From an uncultured Bacillota bacterium (GTDB taxonomy: Bacteria > Bacillota_I > Bacilli_A > RF39 > UBA660), in contig ONIZ01000001.1 in NCBI GenBank assembly GCA_900317975.1, positions 135,479-199,478 of the forward strand: DNA of 64,000 nucleotides, read 5' to 3'. How positions within the stretch are numbered: the stretch's first letter is position 1; each line of letters starts with the position of its first letter. This document shows positions 62,201 to 64,000 of the stretch, piece after piece. The notes beneath the pieces were generated by a model. The model saw only the letters and a list, made by a program, of their open reading frames with translations, did not search any database and was not told the DNA's origin. The position numbers were made by a program, and so were the translations under genes.

Positions 62201-64000
62201 TTCATTCACATAGTATAAGTCTTCAAAGTCATAATTGTTATTATAATTGCTAAATTCATTGAACTTTGAATCTATAAGATGAGTTGTCTTATAATAGAGT
62301 AATTCATTTGATTCTGGAAATTCAACAATAACATCATCATTAGATATATATACATTTGAAGGTGTTTCTTTAGTAAATGCAAATGAAGACATCTTTATGT
62401 CATTAGCATATACTTTTCTTTCTATAGATGCTCTATTTATCTTTACATGTACAGGAAGGAAATATGTCTGATAGTAATAAGCTAAACAGTCAAGTTTTAA
62501 TGCTAATTCACGGAATATGAAGTCATAATAAGGCTTATAGAAAGTAAGATGTTCATGTTGTACTTCTTCAACTTTATCAAATAAGTTTTCAAGATATGGA
62601 TTTCCTTCACCAACAAAGTCAGCATTCCAGTTTTGAAAATTATATATTCCTGTCTCCATATTCTCTTTCAAAGACAAGGACACCATATTTGATTCATTGA
62701 AGAATCTATAAGTATATTTTAAGTCATTGTCTATTGTGAAATAGTCTAATATGTATTGGTCTTGAAAGTCGTTATCAGTCTTCAATAGTTTACTTATTTC
62801 TATTTTGTCACCCCATCCGAACCAATATAGAGACTTAAGCATTGAATTGAAATTACCGCATTCTCCTCTTATGCCCATATAGTTCAAAAGAAGTTCTTTC
62901 ATCTTGTCTTTCAATAGTTTCTCATCAACTGTCTTGTTGTATATTGATGATTGATAGAATGCTTTCACAATGTCTTTAGGGAAACGGAATCCCATGTTTT
63001 GTCCATTGATAATCAATTCTTCACATTCATCTACAAATGTTCCTCCAATAGTTATAGGTGTATATTCTGTTGCAAGTTTGAATACTGGTCTGTCTTCATC
63101 TACCCCATCCTCTGTAACAGTTACCTTACTACTTAAATCAAACCAAATATCTCTTACATCAGTTTTTTCTTCTGCATTTGGACGTATATTTAAAGATATT
63201 GCTTCATCAATAGTTAATGTTCTATCTGGTTTTAAACGTTTATCAACATATCTGTATTGTTGTTCTTGGTCATCATAGCCATAGCATTCAACCCATTGCG
63301 CTTCATGCTCTTCATCAGTTTCTTTTTCAAATTTAGTAATAATATCATCTGTATTACCATGTGTTCTTTTATAATCCAGATAATCACTTATATATTTACC
63401 ATCATGGTTAAATCCTATTTCACTTTCACAATAACAACAATGTTGATATAAATGACACTTAAAACGATATATTTTATCTTTACTTAGATATTCACCTTCC
63501 TTAAATTTAAATATAACATGGAAAGATTCTTCCGGATATCCAGGTTTTCTGGGTAGGTTAAAACCAAATTTTTTCTTAAAGTTTCTTTGTCTTGTTATTT
63601 CAGTTCCTTCAAAAAATTGGTTATTACTATGAGGAGTAATGATTTCTACTTCAACTACATCACCATCATATTCAACATTTTCTCCTATTTTATATTCTGG
63701 ATAGATTGTCTTCACCAAAGTTTCTGTTGGCCCATTAACTTCAAATATCTCTATTTTGTCAAATGTCTGTTTCAAAAGATCATCATAATATTCTTCCTTA
63801 GATGCCGTTATTGTCTTTGTCTTTGGGGTATTGTCAGGGTTTACATCTTGAACATTTGTAGAATAATTGCACTTTATCATTATATTAGACAAGAATGTGC
63901 CTTCAAACTTACTATACCCAACAACATAGAATGGGAACATTATATATTTCTTGTCCTCATTATATACTATAAGACTATTGTCAATATTTTGTATATCAAA
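59234..64000 (-). CDS. very large tail or baseplate-associated protein with a C-terminal BspA-type LRR_5 domain. It may continue beyond the right window edge.
   Basis: The first Met is at 63940, but the frame stays open through 64000 (FDIQNIDNSLIVYNEDKKYI precedes it). The C-terminus has the LRR_5 signature IIIGTNIQEINNSTFNG ... YIGHNAIWNMPDLERLTLGSNIEKI. Confidence 0.7.
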   Translation of the reverse strand, partial: FDIQNIDNSLIVYNEDKKYIMFPFYVVGYSKFEGTFLSNIMIKCNYSTNVQDVNPDNTPKTKTITASKEEYYDDLLKQTFDKIEIFEVNGPTETLVKTIYPEYKIGENVEYDGDVVEVEIITPHSNNQFFEGTEITRQRNFKKKFGFNLPRKPGYPEESFHVIFKFKEGEYLSKDKIYRFKCHLYQHCCYCESEIGFNHDGKYISDYLDYKRTHGNTDDIITKFEKETDEEHEAQWVECYGYDDQEQQYRYVDKRLKPDRTLTIDEAISLNIRPNAEEKTDVRDIWFDLSSKVTVTEDGVDEDRPVFKLATEYTPITIGGTFVDECEELIINGQNMGFRFPKDIVKAFYQSSIYNKTVDEKLLKDKMKELLLNYMGIRGECGNFNSMLKSLYWFGWGDKIEISKLLKTDNDFQDQYILDYFTIDNDLKYTYRFFNESNMVSLSLKENMETGIYNFQNWNADFVGEGNPYLENLFDKVEEVQHEHLTFYKPYYDFIFRELALKLDCLAYYYQTYFLPVHVKINRASIERKVYANDIKMSSFAFTKETPSNVYISNDDVIVEFPESNELLYYKTTHLIDSKFNEFSNYNNNYDFEDLYYVNENCITIPIKIIKVDSRYTQYDKGEYILIDSVHLKPLQYLGKDENDEYRETLPEYATHYKLSKYDEPTRLNASNRYVDISSYYFRCYLILSYTYRRPYKEVLQEYVDKYGVYADIDSLLATNNYRKYALIDDNYIYVDKLYNKFGLEDSSNNYIIYDGQLKFISDSNLYAIDYGILIDDDKFNFYQNINEYYRNLILVPRLFKKNIDWLKCEFKINMLVNNKWFEYVFTVKKPNIYLEFGKLYYRYFLKDNKTMFKQILSINGNDIHFNSFMYQPDLVSINSLFLIDKNDETNNLMIEVDGQNKKVLSFLEKLKTIYDASIEETQKEIDNLSIETEEIEQKRQELQELYDKQLMREFYSQYYRGKITIPYNKKYYNKIHIFELYKDDVKLEYDNNPKNIELYTLLFPELHSYEFAIQINEIPDYDAYLMHDEYEEYNIIEINENNLKLSGALQYGTIKVDGEHYTQEEIDNAQEGDDAYEKTIDDWKIEPIYYTKNDIDEHNRNLEGALKPGDLKHPTYWYIVLISRYPVYYNTEEELKIHQSEYTYTNYSIKYSGFSLEKPLVNRMDIIKANGMNHFNDDDLVIVTLTNDNQLFNIDLHEKWEIKHINDLQNITKVNANPNIMIIQNNNYNNMYTKGYYNVLLNYTIDGLNNYEYRTIGNFRINKEYEDNLYPVLDDKEIEKDYFIPIEDEYWEEIPETRIYAEIDGEIKEIYINPQSGQSQQLNKISSSNLFGNNIKDSRSNDQDAITYKVTQQNIRKIIIGTNIQEINNSTFNGISNPNGCEIYISSTVSKINIAFAESASMITTFKVHPDNEWFDSRGNCNAIILTNDDLNKEHLVYGNHVYLKNTMVRGCANTAIPNTVEDFADHIFCSVAKLPFLDTGNHVKYIGHNAIWNMPDLERLTLGSNIEKIYYYSGLTYNDKLKTIRIRAKVPPQAVESDGNTIYNGSIEISEHIQKIYVEPGCEEVYKNHPSWSNFTTKIQEAESEF

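Noticed and set aside
1-64000. Prophage or mobile-element boundaries (integrase, att sites, transposase)
   Set aside because: I recognised no recombinase or transposase motifs and no flanking bacterial housekeeping genes. The whole window looks like virion-type phage genome.

Overview
This is a strongly AT-rich dsDNA phage genome segment. I found no rRNA, tRNA, integrase, transposase or CRISPR array. Genes sit in alternating strand blocks. The minus-strand blocks encode virion and tail proteins: tail fibres at <1..2120 and 21621..26760, a 2865-aa fibre operon at 37021..47226, a 2765-aa tape-measure-like protein at 49258..57555, and a >1568-aa LRR protein at 59234..>64000. They also carry small proteins with a shared N-terminal motif. 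The plus-strand blocks encode nucleotide metabolism, DNA modification, glycosylation and lysis functions. Several products resemble T4 proteins as I remember them: gp42 dCMP hydroxymethylase, gp1 dNMP kinase, beta-glucosyltransferase and gp4 head completion nuclease. Other features point to a Bacteroidota-type host: BspA-type LRR and Big_2 fibres, an OmpA-like protein with a Bacteroides-style signal peptide, and a KdsC/KDN-type phosphatase. Main candidates for new biology: (1) a hydroxymethyl-cytosine pathway with two tandem gp42-like paralogs inside a phage-encoded sugar-activation and glycosyltransferase island, which predicts an undescribed glycosylated DNA base. (2) A family of proteins whose N-termini mimic the T4 capsid targeting sequence, which suggests packaged and injected effectors. 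(3) A unique G7 tract that would fuse two fibre-operon genes by a -1 shift. (4) Two conserved promoter-like motifs that sort by strand and gene class. (5) A 64-aa-periodic two-helix membrane-hairpin array inside the giant tape-measure-like protein. All homology statements come from reading motifs by eye and from memory of reference sequences. No search was run.
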